Assembly (NCBI GenBank): GCA_002269645.1
Contig: NIVC01002534.1
Coordinates: 1 to 64,000 of the forward strand
Reading direction: 5' to 3'
DNA: 64,000 nucleotides
Origin: Macrostomum lignano
Lineage: Eukaryota
Below, piece by piece: positions 11,608-64,000 of the stretch. The position numbers were made by a program, and so were the translations under genes. The notes below the pieces were generated by a model that ran no database searches, had not been told where the DNA came from, and worked only from the letters and a program-made list of their open reading frames with translations. Each line of letters starts with the position of its first letter. Within the stretch, counting starts at the first letter, position 1.

Positions 11608-13168
11608 ATGCAATATCAGAATCTGTCTAAATGTACATATCAGAATCTGTCTAAATGTACATATCAGAATCTGTCTAAATGTACAATATCAGAATCTGTC
11701 TAAATGTACAATATCAGAATCTGTCTAAATGTACATATCAGAATCTGTCTAAATGTACATATCAGAATCAATCTAAATGTACATATCAGAATCTGTCTGA
11801 ATGTACAATATCAGAATCTGTCTAAATGTACAATATCAGAATCTGTCTAAATGTACGAGTACATATCAGAATATGTCTAAATGTACAATATCTGCAGAAT
11901 TTGCCTAAATGTACAGTATCAGAATCTACAGCACCAGACCGCCGAGGTAGACAAACTGCTGACAGCACAGAAGCCTCGTCACCTGTCTGTCAGCGCTTCG
12001 GCAGAAAATTGTAGCCTCGATGTCGTCCAGGACGCATAGCACGACGGTCTTCTGCGTGTTGACCACCAGGCCGAAACTCGACCAGCCGGTCCAGCTGGCG
12101 CTTGCGCCCTCGACGGTCGAGGACAGCCGGGCGAGATAGTCGGCGTAGCCAAGCATGCTGAGCCGCCTCTCCGGTTGGTGTCGATCCACGAGTCGCTGCA
12201 GCAATAAGCCGTCGTCGTTACAAGAGAGAGCAGTCCGCAGCACCCAGTCAAGCACCAGAACGAACAGGAACGGCGCAAGCGTATCTCCTTGAAGCACCCG
12301 AGAGGATGTCTCAAAGAAATCCGACAGGCCGTCCGGTGTCAGCACAGCAGCGTTCGTGCCGTGATACAGCGCCATGACAGCGGAAATCAGCTGCTCTGGC
12401 ACGTTGTACACACGAAGCACCATTGGGAGTACGGCCCTCACGACCGCGTCGAAAACCTTCCTGAAGTCAATAAAGAGAGCAATCAGGCTCCACTGGCGGG
12501 TCCGCGCTTCTTCGATGACTCGGCGAAGAGCCAGGATCTGCGCCACTGTGCCGCGATGGGGCCGGAACCCGTTCTACTCAGGACGAAGGTACGGATCCAG
12601 CACGGGCGGCAACCGCGATAACAGCATCCGGTTGAACAACTTCGCAACGCAGGACTGCAGGCAGATACCTTGGTGCTCCTCAAGCCGTGTGGTGCACGGC
12701 TTCTTCGGAATAGCGACGATGTGCGCCGGGGTCCATTCGTTGGGTGCCGCCTCATCGAAAAGCACGCTGTTCATCACACTGACGACCTCGCTGGCCACAC
12801 AGTGGAGTCGCAGCGCCTCGATGGGCACCTCGTCCGGACCCAGAGCTCCATCCAGAATCCATCTAAATGTACATAGCAGAATCCGTCTAAATGTACATAG
12901 CAGAATCCGTCTAAATGTACATATCAGAATCCATCTAAATGTACATATCAGAATCTGTCTAAATGTACATATCAGAATCTGTCTAAATGTACAATATCAG
13001 AATCCATCTAAATGTACATATCAGAATCTGTCTGAATGTACAATATCAGAATCTGTCTAAATGTACATATCAGAATCTGTCTAAATGTACAATATCAGAA
13101 TCCATCTAAATGTACATATCAGAATCTGTCTGAATGTACAATATCAGAATCTGTCTCAATGTACAATA
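11608..13168. repeat. ~23-25-bp satellite (ATATCAGAATCTGTCTAAATGTAC) interrupted by an RT fragment
   Basis: Arrays at ~11608-11930 and ~12853-13168. Confidence 0.93.
11931..12850 (-). mobile_element. RTE-like reverse transcriptase internal fragment
   Basis: PNEWTPAHIVAIPKK..LDPYLRPE, QILALRRVIEE..LFIDFRKVFD..VLQGDTLAPFLF..LGYADYL..LVVNTQKT..FVYLGG. Confidence 0.92.
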
Positions 13169-13499
13169 TGAAAAACGTCCCAAAATTCAATCGCGAATTC
13201 ATTGCCCAGCTGTTTTTGCAATTTACCGATTGGCGAGTATGATATGACATCAAAAGTCAAGGAAGGGGCATCAACACTGCAGTCGCATATTTTCTAAAAA
13301 GCATTATTTTTACTTTTCTTATTAACATCTTTGCTGAAGGAAAATTGAACTATAGCTTCCGTGTAGAAGGCATAATTTTCTTCTGCGACTGCAAATCTTG
13401 CACCTGGGTCTTTTGTTCCTCTAAGGTACAAAAGTTTATGTGACATGACTATTTTTTCATTCGTTTTTTAAGATTCAAGCCGAGCGTAAGGTGCATGTA

Positions 13500-14035
13500 A
13501 GGAGCTATCATGAAGTTTTGGCTAAGGCGGGAAGTTCATTATTTAGCTAGCATGAAGTTTTGGCTGAGGCGGGAAGTTCATTATTTAGCTAGCATGAAGT
13601 TTTGGCTAAGGCGGGAAGTTCATTATTTAGCTAGCATGAAGTTTTGGCTAAGGCGGGAAGTTCATTATTTAGCTAGCATGAAGTTTTGGCTGAGGCGGGA
13701 AGTTCATTATTTAGCTATCATGAAGTTTTGGCTAAGGCGGGAAGTTCATTATTTAGCTAGCATGAAGTTTTGGCTGAGGCGGGAAGTTCATTATTTAGCT
13801 ATCATGAAGTTTTGGCTAAGGCGGGAAGTTCATTATTTAGCTATCATGAAGTTTTGGCTAAGGCGGGAAGTTCATTATTTAGCTATCATGAAGTTTTGGC
13901 TAAGGCGGGAAGTTCATTATTTAGCTAGCATGAAGTTTTGGCTAAGGCGGGAAGTTGATTTAGCTAGCATGAAGTTTTGGCTAAGGAGGAAAGTTAATCT
14001 AGCTAGCATGAAGTTTTGGCTGAGGCGGGAAATTG
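13500..14035. repeat. 42-bp minisatellite (ATGAAGTTTTGGCTAAGGCGGGAAGTTCATTATTTAGCTAGC)
   Basis: About 13 copies; explains spurious ORF 13510-14073. Confidence 0.95.
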
Positions 14036-14599
14036 AGATAGCAAAGCTCAGTCTAATTCCAAATTTAATTTAATTAAAAAAGAATAATTAGCTTGTCCGC
14101 TGAAATTGAAACTCGAAAACCTTTAACTCACTCAACTTGATACGTTTGCGAAACGCGTGTTGACGATCGAGGGAGGTGTTGCAGCAGCCTGTGCGCGAGT
14201 GTTGCATATCACTGCAGAATTTAGTCCACTAAAAATGCAAATTATATTCGTCACAGCTTGCATTAATTTACCGCCTGCGCAGGTAGCAAACTGGCTACTT
14301 CTGCTAGTTAATAGCAGCCGAAAAAAATCAAGTCAAAACTTATCAGACTCTAGGTAGGGGAGTTCAAATACACAGCGTCTGGAGTGGAAGCTCGGCTTTT
14401 CTGTTTGTACCACAAAAATGGCAGTACACGGTTAGTGTTATCGATGAAACTTTGGTTGATTAACTCTTTAGTAGGTACCTCCGAAAGGTTTATAAAAGTT
14501 TAACGAAAGGTTCACATGTCTAGAAAGATTTGGAGAGATTCAAAAAGGTTTAGAAAGGCCACAAGGGTACAGCAAGGTTCACAAACATCACAAAGGTTC

Positions 14600-15710
14600 A
14601 CAAAAGTTCAGTTCGGTCACAAAGCCGGTTCAGATCGGTCACAAAAGTTCAGATCGGTCACAAAGGTTCAGATCGGTCACAAAGGTTCAGATAGGTCACA
14701 AAGGTTCAGATAGGTCACAAAGGTTCAGATAGGTCACAAAGGTTCAGATAGGTTTCAAAGTTTCAGATCGGTCACAAAATTTCAGATCGGTCACAAAGGT
14801 TCAGATCGGTCACAAAAGTTCAGATCGGTCACAAAAGTTCAGATCGGTCACAAAATTTCAAATAGGTCACAAAGGTTCAGATCGGTCATAAAAGTTCAGA
14901 TATGTCACAAAATTTCAAATAGGTCACAAAAGTTCAGATATGTCACAAAATTTCAAATAGGTCACAAAGGTTCAGATCGGTCACAAAGGTTCAGATATGT
15001 CACAAAATTTCAAATAGGTCACAAAAGTTCAGATATGTCACAAAATTTCAAATAGGTCACAAAAGTTCAGATATGTCACAAAATTTCAAATAGGTCACAA
15101 AGGTTCAGATCGGTCACAAAGGTTCAGATATGTCACAAAATTTCAAATAGGTCACAAAAGTTCAGATATGTCACAAAATTTCAAATAGGTCACAAAGGTT
15201 CAGATCGGTCACAAAGGTTCAGATATGTCACAAAATTTCAAATAGGTCACAAAAGTTCAGATATGTCACAAAATTTCAAATAGGTCACAAAGGTTCAGAT
15301 CGGTCACAAAGGTTCAGATATGTCACAAAATTTCAAATAGGTCACAAAAGTTCAGATATGTCACAAAATTTCAAATAGGTCACAAAGGTTCAGATCGGTC
15401 ACAAAGGTTCAGATATGTCACAAAATTTCAAATAGGTCACAAAAGTTCAGATATGTCACAAAATTTCAAATAGGTCACAAAGGTTCAGATCGGTCACAAA
15501 GGTTCAGATCGGTCACAAAGGTTCAGATCGGTCATAAAAGTTCAGATATGTCACAAAATTTCAAATAGGTCACAAAGGTTCAGATAGGTCACTAAGGTTC
15601 AGATCGGTCATAAAAGTTCAGATAGGTCACAAAGGTTCAGATCGGTCACAAAGGTTCAGATTTGTCACAAAAGTTCAAATAGGTCACAAAGGTTCAGATA
15701 GGTCACTAAG
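14600..15710. repeat. 20-bp minisatellite (GGTCACAAAGGTTCAGATC/A) upstream of cubilin
   Basis: Tandem periodicity with higher-order variant patterns. Confidence 0.95.
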
Positions 15711-15897
15711 ATTCAGAGTCTATCTCATAGCTTATGTCTAATTTCCACTCCAGATCTGTAGGCGTAAAACTCCACGCGTTTTGTTAAACTAATTTCTAAA
15801 CAATAATATCAACTTTATAGGGCATGGTTGCATCTCATTACCGGGAGCTGGTAGGCGGTTAAATCAGGGTGAAATTCGCGCCTGGCACAAACAGGAA

Positions 15898-15904
15898 TAT
15901 AAAA
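15898..15904 (+). promoter_or_regulatory. Candidate TATA box (TATAAAA) of the cubilin gene
   Basis: About 70 bp upstream of the inferred ATG at 15972; position only. Confidence 0.35.
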
Positions 15905-15971
15905 CCCGCGTGCCAGACCAAGAGACGCAAGCAGAGAGCACGGCTAAGCCGCTTCTCAGCGAAGCATTGAA

Positions 15972-56667
<40,696 letters not shown>

Positions 56668-59505
56668 TGTCACGTGTTTCTCTTGCATGCTGAAGACTTA
56701 TTGAAGATTGATCAATTTTTTTTTCATTAGCTGCACTATTCTACATTCGATGTAAACCCCGTTATGATTCGGCGAAATTTGTCTTCTATCGTCTTGATTT
56801 TGTTATTTTATTCAAGATTCATAGTTTAAAAAACTTTCGATGCAATGGAAGTAAATTCACTCATAATTTTTTCTGTATATCATGGAGAACTTCTGTAACA
56901 AATGCATGCATTATTTGGTTATATTGGGGTAGCCCTCTCGGAATCGTTGTTTGGCGGATTCAAATTATATTTGATAAGATCATAAAGCACAAATCAATTA
57001 AACAAAGATCAATCGTCCATAATCTGTTTTAAAATAGAATATATTGACTGAAAGGATGTATTATTCTTTTTTGAAAACTGAACATTTCATTTCTACTCAC
57101 GGGGTCTAGTGAGGCCCACTGGTCTAGTGAGACTGTGTGTAGAATTAAACTAAGGATCGCACAAGATTCAAACGTCAATTTCGAGAATATCCAAACGGCA
57201 TGCAGTTTAGAAAACGGAATGAATTGAGTGCTAGAAAATGGTGAAGCCGTTGTGAAAATCTCGACATCGCTCAAAAGCTAAGTATAAAAACTTTCATGAC
57301 GCCAAAATTCTACGAAGTACCAGAGCTGGAAATAACGGCATATCGTCTTCAAGGTTCACTTTGTCAAAGTTGGGTCTTCGAAATGGCTTTTGGCGTTATG
57401 AAAGGCCAATTCGCGGGAAAGCCTGAAACTTTTATGCGATATGAAATTTAGTAGTAAGAAAGTTTAATTTTGTAAAGTTTGGTATCGAGGTTCCCGCGAT
57501 ACGCCTACTGAAGTTATTAGTTGGATTCAGATCAGCTTTACATTATTGTGCTGTGAGGCTGCGTGTCTTAAATAATGGAATGGAATAAAGCAATTGCAGA
57601 GCTCTTTAACTCTCCCAGTGCGCACTCGATCGTATAATTAAAAGCTAGCATGATTCAGCAAAATGTGCCCCACCCCATTTAATTGAGCGAGCAGGTCCTT
57701 AGACGAAAGCAAGCGTCACACTCGCTCCTCCAGCTTTATTTGGTGTCCTTCACGAGCAAGTCGGGGATGAACTTGGCGAAGTACATTACATGTATAGTGG
57801 CAGCTGTTGATGGTTGACAGAATTATGACGAACGCCGGCCGTGCAACGAGCGAGTGGTACGACGTATCATCGTTGGCAAAGGTGATATGCGGAGCACGGG
57901 GAATCCGATCGACTCCACCGTCCAATCAAGCTCGACCGTTAAAGCCTAGGAACACGATCTCTAGGACGCCGATCTGACATTTCTCTTTCGTTCGTTTTTG
58001 CTTAAACACTCAACTATAGAAGCCGCGCTTGCCGTGCCCTTCCGACTTAATCGTGATGTGAATGACGATGTCTCGAGTGCATGAGTGTCAACACGCTTTG
58101 GTATCGACCAAAATGGTTGGCAGGATTTTCTGACATACGGCGCCGGAACTGGAAATACCAAGCAGGACCAACGTGAAACCAGTCCACAGGCCAGGCATGA
58201 TGATGAACGCGGCAGTCATGCTGCAGCTGCCTGCTGCCCGAGTGCAATGGAATTGCAGGTAAGTGTGCCTTTATGGATGAAAAGAACCTGCAGGAATAGC
58301 AGGTCCAATCCTTGCGGCAGCAAACTCAGTGGAAAGCTCCTCCCTCGTCGGCACTAGGATAGGGCACAATTCCCCCCTTCGATTGTGTCGATCCGGATCG
58401 AGAATCCAAGCGTGTCAATACCGTCCAGACTTGCACTTCGACTAAATTCTACGCATGTACGTTCTACGAAATATTTCGTCAAATATAAAGGCTTGCAATA
58501 AGATTTCAATATGGCCCATTGTCCATTGAATAAATTTTATCATTTTAATATAATAGCTAAGCATTTACGATGTGTTTTACGCAATGCGTGTGAATATATT
58601 TGGCGCAACTTTAAAACACGCACACACCTCGACTAATTTAGTAAAGTGTAAGTGTGAATATAGATTTACAGAAGTTTTATAGGCCTGGCTATGGCTTATA
58701 TTATATACTAGTGCGCCAGTGCCTTATTAATGTGTATTAGTAAATAAACTACCAGGGGTTAGAAAAAGAAAATTACTTGATAGCAGGATGTCCTGAAAAA
58801 CAGTATATAGTTGGAATTGAAAAATCACTAATCAATTGAATGTTTTAATTGACAAAGACCTTACTATGAATACAATCATGAAGCAAATTTTATTTCAAAA
58901 TTGTACTGTTAGCTGAACTATTAGCATAACTGCTACACAAGCATGAAAGCATTACTTATAACATTAGCTTATTTTTATTTTTTAGTTTTTATAGGGGGGG
59001 CTATCTAACAAAGTAATCATACGTACAATACTAGCTATTTTAATTTTATTAAATATTGTAGTTTACTTAATATTCATTTAAATAATATAAATAAATCTTT
59101 AATTTTTATAGAGCTAAGCCTAACCTAATTCTTTCTTTGCTTTCTTAATTTTTGTATTGATGATATTGTATTATAATAATAAATATATTAGATTATTATA
59201 GGCCTAGTAGAATTGCCAACCCTCATCTCCTTGCTATGTCTTTGGACCACCTTGCAGGGCTGCAGATAAGTTGGATTTGCTAAAAAACCTTTGATTTCAA
59301 TTTATAACTATAGTTTTTCTTTGGCCATTTTTAAGGTTTTAAAGTTTTAATATTATGGTATTTAACTTAAATAAAGCTAATAATAGTCAATAAAAATTAT
59401 TAGCATGTTATTTTTCAATAAAATGATGTAATGAATTTGTTAAAGACCAAAACTCTATTTTTAAGTATTTTATATTTTAATATTTAGCTAAAACATGAAT
59501 CAATG

Positions 59506-60191
59506 ATTATAATCCCTATTGGAATAAGTTGACAAAACACAGACAACCATCCGTCACATTTTTGGATTCTCCTGGTGTCGTGTCGCGTGACAGTGGTGTC
59601 AAGTGGTGTGTTGCGGCTGGAAACCTGGTGTCGTCATGCGTCGCGTCGCGGCCTGGACCTGTAGCCAAAACCTTGCAAACTGTGTTTCATTGTAATATGT
59701 TCACGGTTGTTTCTCGGTATTTAAATGTTTCAAACATGTTTGATAATAACAAGTTCTTGAATTGTTCTTTTTTATTTTGACAGTAAAGTAACTAATACTT
59801 CAAATATAATTTTTAGAAATGTTACTTGTTAGTTACAATGCGTGCGCTGTTTTTCTAAGTGTTGTACCTTTGTTATTTTACTGTTTATTGTTTTTAAATT
59901 TCTTTTCTTTTTCCACAAAATTGAAAGGAATACTCTCGTCCCTCGCCCCATGTTTTCGGTGTCGGGAGTGAACAGCAGAATGGGAATTGTCAATTGCAAC
60001 GTGGCTGCTGTGGCGTCCTCCCCCCCCCCCCCCCCCCGGTCATTCGGTCAACAGACATCGGTGTTGCGTTGCGCGTCGCCGCCCCCCAGTCAATAAAATT
60101 TGGTGTCGCGTCGCGCTTTTGAGGGCACAATTTTGGCACCCGTGTCGCACGTCTGCGGGTTTTTGAAACTTATTCCAATAGGGATTATAAT
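59506..60191. mobile_element. MITE-like element (~680 bp) upstream of the BTB gene
   Basis: 25-bp perfect inverted ends ATTATAATCCCTATTGGAATAAGTT, extending imperfectly inward. Confidence 0.7.
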
Positions 60192-60333
60192 GAACATATT
60201 GAAACTATAAGAAACAAAGTTTTCCTTTTAATATGAAGCAAAATTTATTTTTGAAGAATAAATATAACATTTTTATTGATTTCAAAATCAAAACTATTCC
60301 ATTGTTCAGTGTCCAAATAATGTTTTTATTTTC

Positions 60334-62986
60334 ATGCATGGCAAACAGTCTGCACCAATGTCTCTATCTCCTGAGGTAGCTCCTATGCCAGTCAATGGCA
60401 GTTCTGATGGATATGGATCAGACAGTGATGCTGGCAGCTCAGACCTATTACTAGATAACTGCCAGTTGCCTGAGCATTTTGTTCGTCTAAGCAAACTGAG
60501 ACAGGAAGGAGTATTCTGCAATGTTCAGGTATCAACATTAGTTAGCCTTTTAACACCTTTATTTCTAATTGTGTGGCAGTGTAGAGAATCATAATTTTGT
60601 GATATCTTATTAGAAATTTCAAATAGAATGCACAATAGAATGTTGTATAATCCTAGGGATGAGACTGGCTAACAGTTCTCTTTACTTCAGTTAGTTTGCT
60701 GCTGTATACCCCTGTGAGCACATGTCTGCATTATCTGTGTGTGCTCAGAGGTCAACAGAATGGGCCTGACTGCTTGTCTCCTCACTGGCTGCAGGTCGAC
60801 TGTGACCAGATAGGTTTGCAGTAGCACCCACAGCCTCCAGCAAACTTACTAAAACAGATATAGCGCTTATTCAGTTATTTTCCATTAATAGTTCATGCTT
60901 GCATAAAGAAAATTACTCAAAACTCGTTTGACCTCTATGATTGAAGTTCAATCTGTCTGTCTGTCTGCAGCGATATTGCATGTCCCAATGTCTCTTTTAT
61001 ATTTTTCTTATCTAAATCGTTCAAAGGTTATGGTAGAATCTGAGTTTCTCTTCTAAGGCAACAATTGTAAGCTGTAGAGTGCACGCACTCTCAGGCTTTG
61101 CATTGGCTCTTGGCATATGGCGATTGCGTGTTTACTGCAGCCCCTGGAGTAGAAACATTGAGTTATCTATTAGTAACTTTCCGTTTCAATGCAAAATACA
61201 TTTGAAGAGTTACCATTCTTTTTGCATGTGGTACGGCAATAGCGCCACGCCAAAGACTGCTTAGGACTATTAGCTTTGCCGAGTTTTAGAACCATAATAT
61301 GTTTCTGCCATGCACCCTCCCCGATCCTTCAGCTGCCACCTCTTCCTCGATCCTTGAGCTTTCACCCTCCCCGATCCTTCAGTTGCCACCTCTTCCTCGA
61401 TCCTTGAGCTGCCACCCTCCCTGATCCTTCAGCTGCCAACCCTCCCCGATCCTTCAGCTGCCACCCCCCCCCCGATCCTTCAGCTGCCGCCCCTCCCCGA
61501 TCCTTCAGCTGCCACCCTCCCCGATCCTTCAGCTGCCACCCTCCCCGATCCTTCAGCTGCCAACCCTCCCCGATCCTTCAGCTGCCACCCCCCCCCCCCC
61601 CCCGATCCTTCAGCTGCCGCCCCTCCCCGATCCTTCAGCTGCCACCCTCCCCGATCCTTCAGCTGCCACCCTCCCCGATCCTTCAGCTGCCACCCTCCTC
61701 GATCCTTCAGCTGCCACCCCTCCCAGATCCTTCAGCTGCCACCCTCCTAGGTCTTTCAGCTCCGCCATCCCTCCCTCCCCAATTTTTCACCTGCCACCCT
61801 CTCCGATCCTTCAGTGGGAGCTGGAATATTAATCCTAGATTTCGTCAAAAGCATCCCTAGCAACAAATAGGATGCATGATATGAATACGCCTGCTCCTCA
61901 GGTGAGCGTATCCGGCCGGGACTTCCTGGCCCACCGATGCATCCTGGGCGCCGCGTCGCCCTACTTTCTGCGCCTGCTGCTGGCCGATCCGAACTGCGGC
62001 CACTTTGCTCTCCCGCGCGGCTACTCGCCGGACGCGTTCGCTTTGCTGTTGGAATTCTCCTATACAGGCCGGCTGATGGTGCCCGATCGGCTGCTGCCGC
62101 AGGTGTGTTCTCTGGCCTCCCTGCTGGCTATGCGGCCTGTGTTGGACGTTTGCTCTGGCCGCCTGCTACAGACCTGTTTACTGCCGCGCACTGCGCTCGG
62201 TGAGTTCGAGTTCGAGGGCTTGAGTCTTAGCCTCATCTCCTGTCTTTAAGCCTCCCTCGATTTCACTTCCGGTCATTCCGTTGTGCTTCCCATCCCGGAT
62301 TTTACTTTCAGTCATTTTATGGAGAATATCAATGCTCCCAATTTCACTTCCGGTCCTTCCGTTATGCTCCCACTCTCGATTTCACTTCCGGTGCGGTTGC
62401 TAAGTTCGACATTTCTTTTCATGCACTTGGGTCCTCATGCTAAGCTTGCTAAAGTTTCACTTCCTGTCTTGTCGCATTCGCTCAAAAAAGCCGCCCCCGC
62501 CGCAGAGCTGCGCGCCCAGCTAACGGACTGCCAGCCTGTGCTAGACAGCATCGACGCGTACATCGCCGCCAATCTGGCCGAAGTTCTCAGCTTTGGAGCG
62601 GCCTGTCTGCCCAAAATCATGCTTGACTTGCTTGGTAAGCAAGAGCGCTAACAGAAATAGTAGCCTCATAAGATAATCGTGCTTTCAATTGAAGCGCCTT
62701 GCCTATTGTTTCGCACGCATGCACATTTTTATGTTGCGCAGTGTGCGGCATTGGCGGCGTTGGCCTCAATCAGCTGTGCGACCTGCTGGCTGACTGGCTA
62801 GCTAGGAGTGTGCACGACGCGTCGACCTCGGTGGCCGACGCCGCCGCTTCAGCTTCTGCCGCTGTCGCCGCCAAGGCGTCGTCGTCTCCCCGCGGTACCT
62901 CCATGGATACCCCCGGGAGACCCGGTGATTCGAGCCGTTGCGACGCAATGGTGGACTTGGACTGCCTTGAACGGATGTCGTCTCAG
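60334..62986 (+). CDS. IVNS1ABP: BTB-BACK protein, IVNS1ABP/NS1-BP (Kelch family)-like, 5' part; continues beyond window
   Basis: Exons 60334-60528, 61902-62199, 62506-62634 and 62742-62986 are phase-consistent. BTB motif LSKLRQEGVFCNVQVSVSGRDFLAHRCILGAASPYF..LLEFSYTG. LDSIDAYIAANL..LPKIMLDLL..WLARSV parallels NS1-BP (VDAYIQEHL..LPRLKLEV..WVQRSI, recalled). Start codon uncertain. Confidence 0.72.
61312..61812. repeat. 24-bp minisatellite (CCCTCCCCGATCCTTCAGCTGCCA)
   Basis: Tandem periodicity. Confidence 0.92.
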
Positions 62987-63174
62987 GTCTGTCCGGGAGA
63001 GAGCGACACTTTTTTGTAATCGACAATTTTTCTGTTGTCTTTTTATCGGATGCTTCTTTTTTCGGTAGTCTGTTTGTCTCTGGGATCTGCTTAACTACCT
63101 AAGCTTGTGGAAGCAAATTTTCTTGCATTATCTCCCTTCTTCTCATGTCTCTTACCTTATCTTAATGATTCATC

Positions 63175-64000
63175 ACTTCTTATCTCCCTGTTTCTCTCCC
63201 ATCTCCTTGCCTCTCCCATCGCCCTGTTTCTCTCTCCCATCTCCCTGTTTCTCTCTCCCATCTCCCATCTCCCTGTTCCCTCTCCCATCTCCCTGTTCCC
63301 TCTCCCATCTCCCTGTTCCCTCTCCCATCTCCCTGTTACCCTCTCCCATCTCCCTGTTCCCTCTCCCATCTCCCTGTTTTTCTCTCCCATCCCCCTGTTC
63401 CCTCTCCCATCTCCCTGCCTCTCCCATCTCCCTGCCTCTCCCATCTCCCTGTTTCTCTCCCATCTCCCTGCCTCTCCCATCTCCCTGTTCCCTCTCCCAT
63501 CTCCCTGCCTCTCCCATCTCCCTGTTCCCTCTCCCATCTCCCTGCCTCTCCCATCTCCCTGTTCCCTCTCCCATCTCCCTGCCTCTCCCATCTCCCTGTT
63601 CCCTCTCCCATCTCCCTGCCTCTCCCATCTCCCTGTTCCCTCTCCCATCTCCCTGCCTCTCCCATCTCCCTGTTCCCTCTCCCATCTCCCTGCCTCTCCC
63701 ATCTCCCTGTTCCCTCTCCCATCTCCCTGCCTCTCCCATCTCCCTGTTTCTCTCCCATCTCTTTGTTCCCTCTCCCATCTCCCTGTTCCCTCTCCCATCT
63801 CCCTGTTCCCTCTCCCATCTCCCATCTCCCTGTTTCTCTCTCCCATCTCCCTGTTCCCTCTCCCATCTCCCATCTCCCTGTTTCTCTCTCCCATCTCCCT
63901 GTTCCCTCTCCCATCTCCCTGCCTCTCCCATCTCCCTGTTCCCTCTCCCATCTCCCTGCCTCTCCCATCTCCCTGTTCCCTCTCCCATCTCCCTGCCTCT
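63175..64000. repeat. Pyrimidine-rich array (CTCCCATCTCCCTGTTCCCT / CTCCCATCTCCCTGCCT)
   Basis: Tandem periodicity to window end. Confidence 0.95.

Noticed and set aside
57291-57405. 17-bp inverted repeat CTTTCATGACGCCAAAA / TTTTGGCGTTATGAAAG
   Set aside because: Too short and without a clear TSD; possibly a decayed MITE.

Overview
Eukaryotic (animal) genomic DNA, very rich in repeats. The compact GC-rich exons and minisatellite-filled introns suggest a Macrostomum-like flatworm, but that is inference only. The main feature is a complete cubilin-type gene on the + strand (15972-56667). I threaded it by hand through 47 exons with consistent intron phases, giving about 3804 aa: signal peptide, cubilin N-terminal domain and coiled coil, 8 EGF and about 27 CUB domains. 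It includes an 18-nt micro-exon and one GC-AG intron. The 5' part of an IVNS1ABP/NS1-BP-like BTB-BACK gene starts near 60.3 kb. The first 15 kb is a transposon graveyard: a Helitron 3' end, a Penelope GIY-YIG remnant with a hammerhead-like motif, RTE-like LINE fragments and Gypsy remnants. The most unusual element is a non-autonomous Helitron family present twice (1-2640 +, 43369-47825 -). It carries a 23-bp satellite, (TTAGGG)n, a tRNA-like piece and stacked terminator hairpins. Both copies sit at the breakpoint of a local host-DNA duplication (104 bp and 61 bp), and one duplication copies a cubilin exon end. All coordinates were read by eye; repeat boundaries are approximate.
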